Origin: Micrococcaceae bacterium
GTDB taxonomy: Bacteria > Actinomycetota > Actinomycetes > Actinomycetales > Micrococcaceae
NCBI GenBank assembly: GCA_035475875.1
Contig: DATIMB010000047.1
Span: forward strand, 1-43,469
Reading direction: 5' to 3'
DNA length: 43,469 nt
Within the stretch, counting starts at the first letter, position 1; each line of letters begins with the position of its first letter. A model generated the notes under the pieces. That model ran no database searches, had not been told where the DNA came from, and saw only the letters and a list, made by a program, of their open reading frames with translations. Shown here in pieces: positions 7,442-19,855 of this stretch. The translations under genes and the position numbers were made by a program.

Positions 7442-9988
7442 CTAGAGCCGGTTGACGTCCGTCACGCGGACCACGGCGCTCCCTGCCTCGTCCGAGGCCG
7501 CAAGATCCACCTCGGCCGAGATGCCCCAGTCATGGTGGTTGGCCGGGTCATCGAAGATTTGCCGGACCTTCCACACCCCGGGTTCCTCCGTGATGATCAA
7601 CAGCGCCGGGCCGCGGGCGTCCGGGCCGGTGCCGATGTCGTTGTGCTCGTCGAAGTAGTCATCCAGGGCGTCCTCCCAACGGTCCGCGTCCCAGCCGGAA
7701 CCGGCGTCGAGCTCGCCCAGCGCGGTGGCGGCCTCGTCGGCGAACAGCTCCACGCGGCGGAACATCTCATTGCGCACCATGACCCGGAAGGCCCGGAGAT
7801 TGGAGGTCAGCGCCGGCGGCGGTGGCGGGGGCGCGTCGTGCGGTGTGGGCGCGGCGCCGGAGGTGAGCTCTTCCCACTCGTCCAGCAGGCTGGAGTCCAC
7901 CTGGCGGACCAGTTCGCCCAGCCAGGCGATGAGGTCCTGGAGGTCCTCGCGGAGGGCGTCCTGCGGGACAGTCTGGCGGAGCGCCTTGAATCCGTCGGCG
8001 AGGTAGCGCAGCACGATCCCCTCCGAGCGGGCCAAGCCGTAGAACTGGACGAATTCGCCGAAGTTCATGGCACGCTCGTACATGTCCCGGACCACGGACT
8101 TGGGCGCGAGTTCAAAGTCACCGACCCACGGCGCTGCCTTGCGGTAGACATCGAACGCTTCGCCGAGGATCTCGGCGAGCGGCTGCGGGTAGGTGACTTC
8201 CTCAAGCATCGCCATCCGCTGGTCGTACTCGATGCCGTCGGCCTTCATCGCCGCGACGGCTTCGCCGCGCGCTTTCTTCTGCTGCGCCGACAGGATCTGG
8301 CGCGGCTTCTCGAGGGTCGCCTCGATCACGGACACGACGTCCAGGGCGTACGACGGCGACTCCGGGTCCAGCAGCTCCAGTGCGGCAAGGGCGAAGGGGG
8401 ACAGCGGCTGGTTGAGAGCGAAGTTGGCCTGCAGGTGGACCGTGAGCCGGACGGTGCGGCCGTCCGCTTCCTGCTCCGTGGGCGGGATCCGCTCCACGAC
8501 TCCGGCAGCGAGCAGCTCGCGGTAGATGCCCAGGGCCTTCTTCATGAGCCGCAGCTGGGAGACCCGGCTCTCGTGGTTTTCGGTGAGGAGGCGGCGGGCG
8601 GCCTGGAACGGGTCGCCGGGACGTTCCATGAGGTTCATCAGCATCGCATGCGTCACGGTGAAGCTCGACGTCAGCGGATCCGGAACAGACTCCACCAACC
8701 GCTTGTAGGTCGGTTCGCCCCAGGACACGAAGCCTTCCGGAGGCTTTTTCTTGACCACCTGGCGCAGCTTTTTCTGGTCGTCGCCGAACTTGGCCGTGGC
8801 CTTGGCCATCGCCTTCACGTTTTCGGTCACATGCTCCGGGGCCTGGACCACCACGGTGCCCGCCGTGTCATAGCCGGCCCGTCCGGCGCGCCCGGCGATC
8901 TGGTGGAACTCGCGGGAGTTCAGCAGCCGGGTGCGCACGCCGTCGTACTTGCTCAGGGCGGTGAGGAGCACAGTGCGGATGGGCACGTTGATGCCCACCC
9001 CGAGGGTGTCGGTGCCGCAGATGACCTTCAGCAGGCCGGCCTGGGCGAGCTGCTCGACAAGCCGGCGGTATTTGGGCAGCATGCCGGCGTGGTGGACGCC
9101 GATCCCGTGCCGGACCAGCCGGTTGAGGGTTTTGCCGAAGCCGGCGGCGAAGCGGAACCCGGCGATGAGCTCGGCAATCTTGTCCTTCTCCTCGCGGGTG
9201 CAGACGTTGATGCTCATCAGGTTTTGTGCCCGGTCGATCGCCTCAACCTGGCTGAAATGCACCACGTAGACGGGAACCTGCTTGGTGCCGAGCAGCTCCT
9301 CGAGGGTCTCGTGGACCGGAGTCTGTTCGTAGTAGTAGTGCAGCGGAATGGGGCGTTCCGCGGAACTGACGGTCGTCGTCGGACGGCCGGTGAGGGCGCT
9401 GATCCCGTCCTCGAAGCGGCTGACGTCACCGAGCGTTGCCGACATCAGCAGGAACTGGGCCTGCGGCAGTTCGAGCAGCGGCACTTGCCAGGCCCAGCCG
9501 CGCTGCGGGTCGGAGTAGAAGTGGAACTCGTCCATGATGACGGCGCCAAGCTCGGCCGCCGAACCTTCCCGCAGGGCGTTGTTGGCCAGGATTTCGGCGG
9601 TGCAGCAGATGATCGGCGCGTCCTGGTTGACGCCGGAGTCACCGGTGATCATGCCGACGTTTTCGGCGCCGAAAATCTCGCAGAGGGCGAAGAACTTCTC
9701 CGAGACGAGGGCCTTGATAGGTGCGGTGTAGTAACTGCGCTGCCCGCGGGCCATGGCCTGGAAGTGCGCCGCGATCGCCACAAGTGACTTACCCGAGCCC
9801 GTGGGCGTGGCCAGGATGACATTGGACCCTGAGGCAAGCTCCATGATCGCTTCGTCCTGGGCGGCGTAGAGGGCAAGACCGCGGGTCTCAGTCCACTCCA
9901 CAAACCGGGTGTAGAGCTCGTCCGGGTCCAGGCCAGTCCTGCCGGGAACTCGGGCGGCCGGGGCAGGGAGCTGATCAGCGAGTTTCAT
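7442..9988 (-). CDS. Superfamily II Ski2-like DEAD/DEAH-box helicase with long C-terminal (DUF3516-type) region
   Basis: PTGSGKS, APIKAL, DEFH, MSAT, HHAGMLP, GVGINVP and QIAGRAGR motifs. Confidence 0.92.
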   Translation of the reverse strand: MKLADQLPAPAARVPGRTGLDPDELYTRFVEWTETRGLALYAAQDEAIMELASGSNVILATPTGSGKSLVAIAAHFQAMARGQRSYYTAPIKALVSEKFFALCEIFGAENVGMITGDSGVNQDAPIICCTAEILANNALREGSAAELGAVIMDEFHFYSDPQRGWAWQVPLLELPQAQFLLMSATLGDVSRFEDGISALTGRPTTTVSSAERPIPLHYYYEQTPVHETLEELLGTKQVPVYVVHFSQVEAIDRAQNLMSINVCTREEKDKIAELIAGFRFAAGFGKTLNRLVRHGIGVHHAGMLPKYRRLVEQLAQAGLLKVICGTDTLGVGINVPIRTVLLTALSKYDGVRTRLLNSREFHQIAGRAGRAGYDTAGTVVVQAPEHVTENVKAMAKATAKFGDDQKKLRQVVKKKPPEGFVSWGEPTYKRLVESVPDPLTSSFTVTHAMLMNLMERPGDPFQAARRLLTENHESRVSQLRLMKKALGIYRELLAAGVVERIPPTEQEADGRTVRLTVHLQANFALNQPLSPFALAALELLDPESPSYALDVVSVIEATLEKPRQILSAQQKKARGEAVAAMKADGIEYDQRMAMLEEVTYPQPLAEILGEAFDVYRKAAPWVGDFELAPKSVVRDMYERAMNFGEFVQFYGLARSEGIVLRYLADGFKALRQTVPQDALREDLQDLIAWLGELVRQVDSSLLDEWEELTSGAAPTPHDAPPPPPPALTSNLRAFRVMVRNEMFRRVELFADEAATALGELDAGSGWDADRWEDALDDYFDEHNDIGTGPDARGPALLIITEEPGVWKVRQIFDDPANHHDWGISAEVDLAASDEAGSAVVRVTDVNRL

Positions 9989-10132
9989 CGCCTTCCAGCT
10001 TAGTGCCCGCCTGATGCCCCCGGCACCGGCGGGGACGTCCCACCCCGCGCGCCCGATGCGTGCCTCCTTGGCTGGCCATCAGGGCGGGGCTACGCTTCGG
10101 TTAGTGCAACAGTGCCGGGACCGGAGGTGGAC

Positions 10133-10912
10133 ATGAAGTGGGATCCCGAAAAATATGTGCAGTTCGGGGATTACCGGGACCGGCCCTTCTTTGATCTGAC
10201 CGGTCGGATTCATGCCGAGGCCCCACGGCACGTCGTCGACCTCGGCTGCGGTCCGGGCAACCTGACCGCGACTCTCGCTGAGCGCTGGCCGGGAGCCCAG
10301 GTAGCGGGCCTGGATTCCTCGCCGGAAATGCTGACCAAGTCCAAGGCCCGTGCGGACGCGGTGCCCAATCTGTCCTTCGACCTGGCCGACATCCAGCACT
10401 GGCTGCCGTCCGGGGACACGGACGTGGTGGTCACCAATGCGGCCCTGCAGTGGGTGCCCGGCCACCGCGAGCTGTTGCCGGCGTGGCTCGATGCACTCAA
10501 ACCCGGGGCTTGGTTCGCCCTTCAGGTGCCGGGGAACTTCAACGCCCCCTCGCACACCCTGATGCGGGAGCTGGCCGAGTCGCCGGCCTGGGCGGGACGG
10601 CTTGCCGGGGTCCTGCGCCACGATGACGTGGTGGGAGAGGCCGCGGAGTACCTGGAGATCATGCTCGACGCCGGGTGCGCCGCCGACGCTTGGGAGACCA
10701 CCTACATGCAGCTGCTCCCCGGTGCCCGTCCCGTTCTCGAGTGGGTCCGCGGCACGGGGCTCCGGCCAGTCCTCGCCGCCCTCCCGGAAGACGAGGCGGC
10801 GGAGTTCGAGACAGAGTATTCGGCGCAACTTGACACTGTGTATCCGGCGGGGCGGCACGGGACCGTCTTTCCGTTCCGGCGCACGTTCGCGGTAGCGCAA
10901 AAACGCGGGTGA
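10133..10912 (+). CDS. tam: Trans-aconitate 2-methyltransferase
   Basis: MKWDPEKY..F...RDRPFFDL, VVDLGCGPGN SAM motif, NAALQWVP, WVRGTGLRP, FPFRR. ATG 10133 follows GGAGGT. Confidence 0.92.
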   Translation: MKWDPEKYVQFGDYRDRPFFDLTGRIHAEAPRHVVDLGCGPGNLTATLAERWPGAQVAGLDSSPEMLTKSKARADAVPNLSFDLADIQHWLPSGDTDVVVTNAALQWVPGHRELLPAWLDALKPGAWFALQVPGNFNAPSHTLMRELAESPAWAGRLAGVLRHDDVVGEAAEYLEIMLDAGCAADAWETTYMQLLPGARPVLEWVRGTGLRPVLAALPEDEAAEFETEYSAQLDTVYPAGRHGTVFPFRRTFAVAQKRG

Positions 10913-11020
10913 GCCTTATGACACGAAGCACTCCCATATGGGGCTTACAATGACGTGGCGGTCTGGGGGCAGCCGTTAGGCTGATTTCATTCCGAGCCCT
11001 GGGCTAGTAATGGAGGTTCG

Positions 11021-12775
11021 GTGCTAATACGCCTGATGGCGCGGCTGCTGTCCGCGCATAAAGGGAGCGTGCTGGCCATCGTTGTGCTGCAGCTCGTCCA
11101 AACCACCGCCAACCTGCTCCTGCCGACCCTGAACGCCGCCATCATTGACGACGGGATCATTGCCGGGAACACCGGGGAAATCCTGCACCTCGGCGGCTGG
11201 ATGGCCGGAATCGCCGCCGTGCAGGTGGCCACAGCCATCGCGGCAGGATACCTGGGCGCCGTCGTCGCCATGGATATTGGCGGGCAGTTGCGCGAGGAAC
11301 TCTTCACGAAGGTGCGGTCTTTCTCCTCCCAGGAGGTCGGCGTCTTCGGCGCGCACAGCCTGGTCATCCGGGCCACGAACGACGTCGTCCAGATCCAAAA
11401 CCTCGCCGTCCTGGTTTTCGCCATGCTGATTGCCGCCCCGGCCATCTTCATCGGCGGCATCGCCCTGGCCGTGCACCAGGACGCCGCGCTGTCCTGGATC
11501 GTGGTCGCGGTCATTCCGGTCCTTACGGTGATAATGACCGTAATCGTGCGCCGCCTGATTCCCCTCTACCGCGAAGGGCAGTCGCTCCTTGACCGCATCA
11601 GCCGGGTGCTGCGCGAGCAGATCATCGGTGCAAACGTCATCCGCGGCTTCGTCCGGCAGGGCCACGAGATCCGCCGCTTCGACGAAGCCAACAAGGACCT
11701 CACCCGGAACAACCTGCATTCCGCTTTGCTGGTGGCGGGGATGATGCCGATGATCATGCTCGTAGTCAACCTGTCCTCCGTGTGCGTGGTGTGGTTCGGC
11801 GGCCACCGGATCGACTCCGGCGAAATGCGCCTGGGCGCCCTTACCGCGTTCATTGCCTACATCCTGCAAATCCTGATAGCCATCATGATGGCGATGTACG
11901 TCTTCATGACCGCACCCCGCGCGTCCGCTTGCGCGGAACGGATCCAGGAGGTCCTGGACACCCAACCGGCGATCGCGGACCCGGCCGCCGGCGCTGCACT
12001 AGGAAAAGCCGCACCGGTAGACACCCCAGCGGGAAACGCTGTCGAGTTCCGGAACGTGTCTTTCGCGTATCCCGGCGCCGAAGCGCCTGTGCTGGACGGT
12101 CTAGCGTTTACCGCCGCGCCCGGGACCACGACGGCGATCATCGGGGCGACCGGCAGCGGCAAGACGACACTCCTGAACCTGCTGCCCCGGTTCCTCGACG
12201 CAACCGCCGGCGAGATCAGCATCGGCGGCCGCAACGTGCGGGCCATGACCCTGGACGCGCTGCGGAACCTTATCGCCTTGGTCCCCCAGCAGGCGTACCT
12301 CTTTTCGGGCACGGTCGCGGAGAATCTTCGGGTCGGGGCGCCCGCGGCCGGCGACCCGGACTTGTGGCAGGCACTGACGGCCGCCCAGGCCGCCGACTTC
12401 GTCCGCGATCTGCCCCTTGGGCTCGACGCACACGTGAGCCAGGGCGGCACGAACTTCTCCGGCGGCGAACGGCAGCGCCTTTGCATCGCCCGGGCATTGC
12501 TCAAGAATGCCCCGGTCTACCTGTTCGATGACAGTTTCTCGGCGCTGGACTACGGTACGGACATCAGGCTCCGTACCGCGATTGAGCCCCTGCTGCGTTC
12601 TGCCACCGTGCTGATCGTCGCCGAACGGGTGGCGACCGTTGCGGATGCCGGACTGATCCTCGTGCTGGAGGACGGGCGCCTCGTCGCCCAGGGCACGCAC
12701 AGCGAACTCATGGCGTCCTCGCCAAGCTACCGGGAAATTGCTGCGTCCCAGCTCGTCCTGGAGGAAACGCCGTGA
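11021..12775 (+). CDS. ABC exporter (TMD+NBD), heterodimer subunit with degenerate Walker B/switch
   Basis: Six TM segments, GATGSGKT, FSGGERQR, YLFDDSFSALD (D replaces catalytic E), IVAERV (no switch His). GGAGG RBS. Confidence 0.92.
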   Translation: MLIRLMARLLSAHKGSVLAIVVLQLVQTTANLLLPTLNAAIIDDGIIAGNTGEILHLGGWMAGIAAVQVATAIAAGYLGAVVAMDIGGQLREELFTKVRSFSSQEVGVFGAHSLVIRATNDVVQIQNLAVLVFAMLIAAPAIFIGGIALAVHQDAALSWIVVAVIPVLTVIMTVIVRRLIPLYREGQSLLDRISRVLREQIIGANVIRGFVRQGHEIRRFDEANKDLTRNNLHSALLVAGMMPMIMLVVNLSSVCVVWFGGHRIDSGEMRLGALTAFIAYILQILIAIMMAMYVFMTAPRASACAERIQEVLDTQPAIADPAAGAALGKAAPVDTPAGNAVEFRNVSFAYPGAEAPVLDGLAFTAAPGTTTAIIGATGSGKTTLLNLLPRFLDATAGEISIGGRNVRAMTLDALRNLIALVPQQAYLFSGTVAENLRVGAPAAGDPDLWQALTAAQAADFVRDLPLGLDAHVSQGGTNFSGGERQRLCIARALLKNAPVYLFDDSFSALDYGTDIRLRTAIEPLLRSATVLIVAERVATVADAGLILVLEDGRLVAQGTHSELMASSPSYREIAASQLVLEETP

Positions 12776-14757
12776 GCCGCGGCCGGGACTCCGGCATCGG
12801 GACCACTGCTGGTCCCGGAGCCGCGGAGGGCACCAAGTGGCGGTCGGCGGCCAGGCTGCTTGGGCTGCTGCGGCCATTGAAATGGCGGATGGCCGGCGTC
12901 ATCGCGGCCACCTGTGCGTTCGTGACACTCAACGTGTCGGCTCCGAAAATCCTGGGCGACGCCACCGACGTGGTGGTTGCCGGCTTCGTGGGTGGCTCCC
13001 TCGACGAAAGCGAACTGGCATCCCAGCTGTTGACAGTCTCCGCCCTTTACGTCGGTGCGTCGCTGTTCAGCTGGATCCAGGGCGCCTTGACGGCGACAGC
13101 GGTGCAGCGCGTCAGCTACGGGCTGCGCGGGGCTGTGGAGCAGAAGCTGCATGTGCTGCCGTCCAGCCATTTCGAGGAGCAGCGCCGCGGCGAGGTGCTC
13201 AGCCGGGCCACGAACGACGTCGACAACATCTCCCAGGCCCTCAATCAGCTGCTGAACCAGATGATCCTGTCCATCCTGATGCTTTCCGCCGCACTCGCCA
13301 TGATGCTCTGGCTCTCGCCGTTGCTGGCGCTGATCGCTGTCCTCTCGGTGCCGGTGTCCACGGCCATCACAGTATTGGTGGCCCGGCATTCCCAGCCGCA
13401 CTTCACGTCGCAGTGGAGCAGCACGGGCGCCATGCACGCCCAACTCGAAGAATTCTTCACCGGGCATGAAGTGGTTAAGGCCTTCGGCCGTCAGGAGGCG
13501 TCGGCCGCGAGCTTCCGGGACTGCAACGAGCAGCTCACGCGGTCCAGCGCCCGCGCGCAGTACCTGTCCGGGATCGTGCAGCCGCTGTTGGTGTTTGTCG
13601 CCAACCTCAACTACATTGCCGTGGCCGTCGTGGGTGCGCTCCAAGTGACTGCCGGCGCCATGACGATCGGCGGCCTCCAGGCCTTCATCCAGTTCTCCCG
13701 CCTCTTCAGCCAGCCGATGGGGCAGATCGGAGGGATGCTCACCCTGCTGCAATCCTGCCTGGCCTCGGCGGAGCGGGTCTTCGAGCTGCTCGACGCACCG
13801 GAGATCCCGCCGGACGCTGCAGCGCTGGCACCTTCGAGCGCGTCGGCCAACGGCGCCGGCCGGCTTCGCGGCAAAGGTTCCCTCCATGCGGTGCATGGGA
13901 TGCATAAGATCCATGCACCCGGCAAGTCCCACGGGCGGCACGCATCCCGCGCGCTGGACGGAGCCCAGAATGCGCCCGCTGCGGTCGCGGTGGCGGGCCG
14001 CGTCAGCTTCGAGCACGTCAGTTTCGGCTACACCCCTGGCATTCCCGTGGTTAAGGACCTTTCCTTCACGGTTGAGCCCGGGCAGACCGTGGCCATTGTG
14101 GGACACACCGGGGCCGGTAAGACGACGGTGGTGAACCTCCTGATGCGCTTCTACGAACTCGACTCCGGGCGGATCCTGGTGGACTCAACCGACATCGCCA
14201 CCATCCCGCGGGACGAGCTCCGGTCCACCTTCGGCACCGTCCTGCAGGACGCGTGGCTGTTCACCGGCAGCATCAGGGAGAACATCGAGTACGGCCGGCC
14301 GGGGGCCACCGACGCCGAAGTCGTCCAAGCGGCCCGGGCCAGCCACGTGGACCACTTCGTCAGGGCGCTGCCCGGGGGATATAACACCCTGGTCGGCAAC
14401 GACGGCGACTCCTTGAGCCGCGGGCAGCGGCAGCTCGTCTCGATCGCCCGGGCGCAACTGGCGGGACGCAGCATCCTGGTCCTGGACGAAGCGACGAGTT
14501 CCGTGGACAGCCGCACCGAAGTGCAGATCCGCCACGCGATGGCCCAGCTGCGCGAAGGTCATACGAGCTTCGTGATCGCGCACCGTTTGTCCACCGTCCG
14601 GGACGCTGATCTAATTCTCGTCATGGACCATGGACGGATCGTTGAACACGGCACCCATCAGCAGCTGATGGCCGGGAGCGGGCTCTACAAGGATCTCTAC
14701 GAGGCGCAGTTCGCCGGCCGCGAACAAGTGCAGGCCGTTCCGGAGCCGGAACTGTGA
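12772..14757 (+). CDS. ABC exporter (TMD+NBD), heterodimer subunit with consensus Walker B
   Basis: GHTGAGKT, degenerate signature LSRGQRQ, ILVLDEATSSVD, IAHRLST. GTGA overlap with the upstream partner. Confidence 0.92.
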   Translation: MSRGRDSGIGTTAGPGAAEGTKWRSAARLLGLLRPLKWRMAGVIAATCAFVTLNVSAPKILGDATDVVVAGFVGGSLDESELASQLLTVSALYVGASLFSWIQGALTATAVQRVSYGLRGAVEQKLHVLPSSHFEEQRRGEVLSRATNDVDNISQALNQLLNQMILSILMLSAALAMMLWLSPLLALIAVLSVPVSTAITVLVARHSQPHFTSQWSSTGAMHAQLEEFFTGHEVVKAFGRQEASAASFRDCNEQLTRSSARAQYLSGIVQPLLVFVANLNYIAVAVVGALQVTAGAMTIGGLQAFIQFSRLFSQPMGQIGGMLTLLQSCLASAERVFELLDAPEIPPDAAALAPSSASANGAGRLRGKGSLHAVHGMHKIHAPGKSHGRHASRALDGAQNAPAAVAVAGRVSFEHVSFGYTPGIPVVKDLSFTVEPGQTVAIVGHTGAGKTTVVNLLMRFYELDSGRILVDSTDIATIPRDELRSTFGTVLQDAWLFTGSIRENIEYGRPGATDAEVVQAARASHVDHFVRALPGGYNTLVGNDGDSLSRGQRQLVSIARAQLAGRSILVLDEATSSVDSRTEVQIRHAMAQLREGHTSFVIAHRLSTVRDADLILVMDHGRIVEHGTHQQLMAGSGLYKDLYEAQFAGREQVQAVPEPEL

Positions 14758-15146
14758 GTCCCGCGGACACTGCGGGGGAGCGGTTCCCGGGCGCCTGGCG
14801 GACCAACCCGGCCAGCTCCGTTCCACTGTTCGAACAGCTCCGGCTGTATGTCATTGAACGTGCCGACAAGGGCACGCTCGCGCCGGGAACCAGGCTGCCC
14901 CCCGTGCGGAGCCTGGCGGGTGAACTAGGCGTCGCACCCCACACCGTGGCGCGCGCCTACAAGGAATTGGAGGCCGCCGGGGTAGTGGTGACACGTGGCC
15001 GCAACGGTACCGTGGTCTGCGCACGTGACGAGGCCTGGAGTTCCCTGTCCGCCGCCGCCGCGGAGTTCGCCGCAGCCGCCAAAGCGCAAGGCGCCAGCTT
15101 CGCCGAGGCCGTGCAGTTACTGGCCGCCGCCTACGACCGGCACTAG
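14754..15146 (+). CDS. GntR family transcriptional regulator (YtrA-like, short)
   Basis: PLFEQL...[39 protein letters not shown]...GRNGTVV wHTH, 130 aa; GTGA overlap. Confidence 0.9.
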   Translation: MSPADTAGERFPGAWRTNPASSVPLFEQLRLYVIERADKGTLAPGTRLPPVRSLAGELGVAPHTVARAYKELEAAGVVVTRGRNGTVVCARDEAWSSLSAAAAEFAAAAKAQGASFAEAVQLLAAAYDRH

Positions 15147-15184
15147 CACATCGGGGCGGTGCCGAGGGCGCGCAGAATCGTTTT

Positions 15185-15200
15185 TCGAAGAAGTTTTCGA
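15185..15200. promoter_or_regulatory. Putative LexA (SOS) box at the uvrA promoter
   Basis: TCGAAG-AAGT-TTTCGA versus the actinobacterial consensus TCGAAC-N4-GTTCGA (2 mismatches). Abuts -10 TAGCAT (15202-15207). Confidence 0.7.
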
Positions 15201-15214
15201 TTAGCATTAGATTC

Positions 15215-18163
<2,949 letters not shown>

Positions 18164-18166
18164 GCG

Positions 18167-18195
18167 GCGGCGCCAGCGCCTGGCGCTGGCGCCGC
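18167..18195 (+). terminator. GC-rich hairpin after uvrA (terminator or stabilising structure)
   Basis: Perfect inverted repeat GCGGCGCCAGCGCC-t-GGCGCTGGCGCCGC, 3 nt after the stop; no U-tract. Confidence 0.6.
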
Positions 18196-18334
18196 GAGCG
18201 GAAGCCGCATGGGAAGGGGAGGGGCGCCGCTTCGCCGGCCTCGGCCCCGCCCGCACTGCCGTGAATTCTCCCGATGTATTCCTGAAGGCGCATGCGAATT
18301 TCTGGCAGCCGCGCACTCGTGAGAAACTAAGCCG

Positions 18335-19084
18335 GTGACGCAAACAACAGTGCCCGTAATCTTCGACCTTGACGGCACTCTTGTCGATCCGGCCGGGGGC
18401 ATCACGGGCGGAATCGCGGCGGCCCTCACCGAGCTTGGCCTCCCCGTCCCGGACAAGTCCAGGATGAACGCCATGGTCGGGCCAAAACTGAGCCATTCGC
18501 TCACGGAAATTGCCGGCGTCCCGACCGCACTGGTGGACGACGTCATCCGGATCTACCGCGGGCACTACGCCTCCACCGGCATCGCGCAGGGCAGGCTGTA
18601 CCCGGGAATCCGCGGGCTCCTCGAGGACTTTGTCGCCGCCGGGCGCCCCATCGCGGTCGCCACGCAGAAACCGGAGGGGCTGGCCCGCACCGTGCTTGAG
18701 CACCACGGTATCGCCGGGCTCTTCCACAGCATCCGGGGCTCTGCCGCGGACGAGTCCGTGACCCGCCCGGGAACGGCTTCCATCCCGGAAGGCAAGTCCG
18801 GTATTGTCGCCGCCGCGCTCTCGGACCTGGCTGCAGCCGTCCCTTCGGTGGCCGGCCGGGCCGTGATGGTGGGCGACCGGGCGCAGGACGTGGCCGGGGC
18901 GGCTGCGAACGGACTGGACTGCATCGGCGTAGGCTGGGGCTTTGCGCCCGACGGCGAACTGCACGAGGCGGGCGCCGTCGAGGTCGTGCACGACGCGGCG
19001 GCGCTTCGCGCAACCATCACCAGACTCTCCGAACGCCCGGGGACCACAGCGCTGAACGAGGTGCACGCCGATGGCAATGTTTGA
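18335..19084 (+). CDS. HAD-superfamily hydrolase (phosphoglycolate phosphatase/nucleotidase-like)
   Basis: IFDLDGTLVD motif I, VATQK motif II, MVGDRAQD motif IV, GVGWGF. Confidence 0.9.
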   Translation: MTQTTVPVIFDLDGTLVDPAGGITGGIAAALTELGLPVPDKSRMNAMVGPKLSHSLTEIAGVPTALVDDVIRIYRGHYASTGIAQGRLYPGIRGLLEDFVAAGRPIAVATQKPEGLARTVLEHHGIAGLFHSIRGSAADESVTRPGTASIPEGKSGIVAAALSDLAAAVPSVAGRAVMVGDRAQDVAGAAANGLDCIGVGWGFAPDGELHEAGAVEVVHDAAALRATITRLSERPGTTALNEVHADGNV

Positions 19085-19739
19085 GGGAATCCGCTGGACC
19101 ACCCGGGGGCTCATATCCACCACCTGCCGTCCCACGGTCATTGGCCTGGAAAACGTGCCCACGAACGGTCCGTTTATCGTGGCGCCCAACCATCTCTCCT
19201 TCCTGGATAGTGTGATTGTCCAAGCGCTCATGCCGCGGCCCGTGGCGTTCTTCGCGAAGGCCGAATACTTCACCACCGGCGGCATCAAGGGCAGGGCCAT
19301 GAAGTCGTTCTTCGAAGCCGTGGGCTCCATCCCGGTGGAGCGCGGCGAGCAGGCGGCCAGCGTACAGGCGCTGAAGACTCTGCTGGACATCCTCGAGGCC
19401 GGCAAGGGCGTGGGGATCTACCCCGAGGGCACCCGCTCCCGCGACGGCATCCTGTACCGCGGACGCACCGGCGTCGGCTGGCTGGCCCTCACGACGGGTG
19501 CGCCGGTGATCCCGGTGGGCCTGATCGGGACGGAACACCTGCAGCCCGCGGACAGCAAGTCCGTCAAGCCGCAGCACTTCACCATGAAAGTGGGCGAGCC
19601 GCTGTACTTCGACAAGACGGGCCCGGACCACTCCCTTCCGGCCCGCCGCCAGGTCACGGACCGCATCATGGACGCGATCGCGGAATTGAGCGGCCAGGAA
19701 CGCTCCACGAGCTACAACCAGAGCAAGACCGCGGAGTAG
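19071..19739 (+). CDS. plsC: 1-acyl-sn-glycerol-3-phosphate acyltransferase family protein
   Basis: NHLSFLD (HX4D), FFAKAEYF and YPEGTRSRDG motifs. Confidence 0.9.
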   Translation: MAMFEGIRWTTRGLISTTCRPTVIGLENVPTNGPFIVAPNHLSFLDSVIVQALMPRPVAFFAKAEYFTTGGIKGRAMKSFFEAVGSIPVERGEQAASVQALKTLLDILEAGKGVGIYPEGTRSRDGILYRGRTGVGWLALTTGAPVIPVGLIGTEHLQPADSKSVKPQHFTMKVGEPLYFDKTGPDHSLPARRQVTDRIMDAIAELSGQERSTSYNQSKTAE

Positions 19740-19763
19740 AACCGCGGGCCCGTAGCCAGTTGC

Positions 19764-19817
19764 GTGCCGGCTACCGGGCGGGTGCCGGCTGCCCGGCAGG
19801 TGCCGGCTGCCCGGCAG
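19764..19817. repeat. Three tandem 18-bp repeats, each containing a TGCCGG-N4-CCGGCA palindrome (first copy imperfect)
   Basis: gtgccggctaccgggcgg / gtgccggctgcccggcag / gtgccggctgcccggcag. Confidence 0.85.
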
Positions 19818-19855
19818 GTGCGGCGGCACCCGTTGCGGCTCAGTAGACTGGAAGC

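Noticed and set aside
6707-9787. 1026-aa plus-strand ORF
   Set aside because: Antisense shadow of the helicase and GNAT genes. High-GC codon bias removes stops on the opposite strand, and it has no recognisable motifs.
7442-9988. Helicase as an anti-phage defence system
   Set aside because: No nuclease, DNA methylase or other defence partner and no mobile-element context. The neighbouring methyltransferase is Tam.
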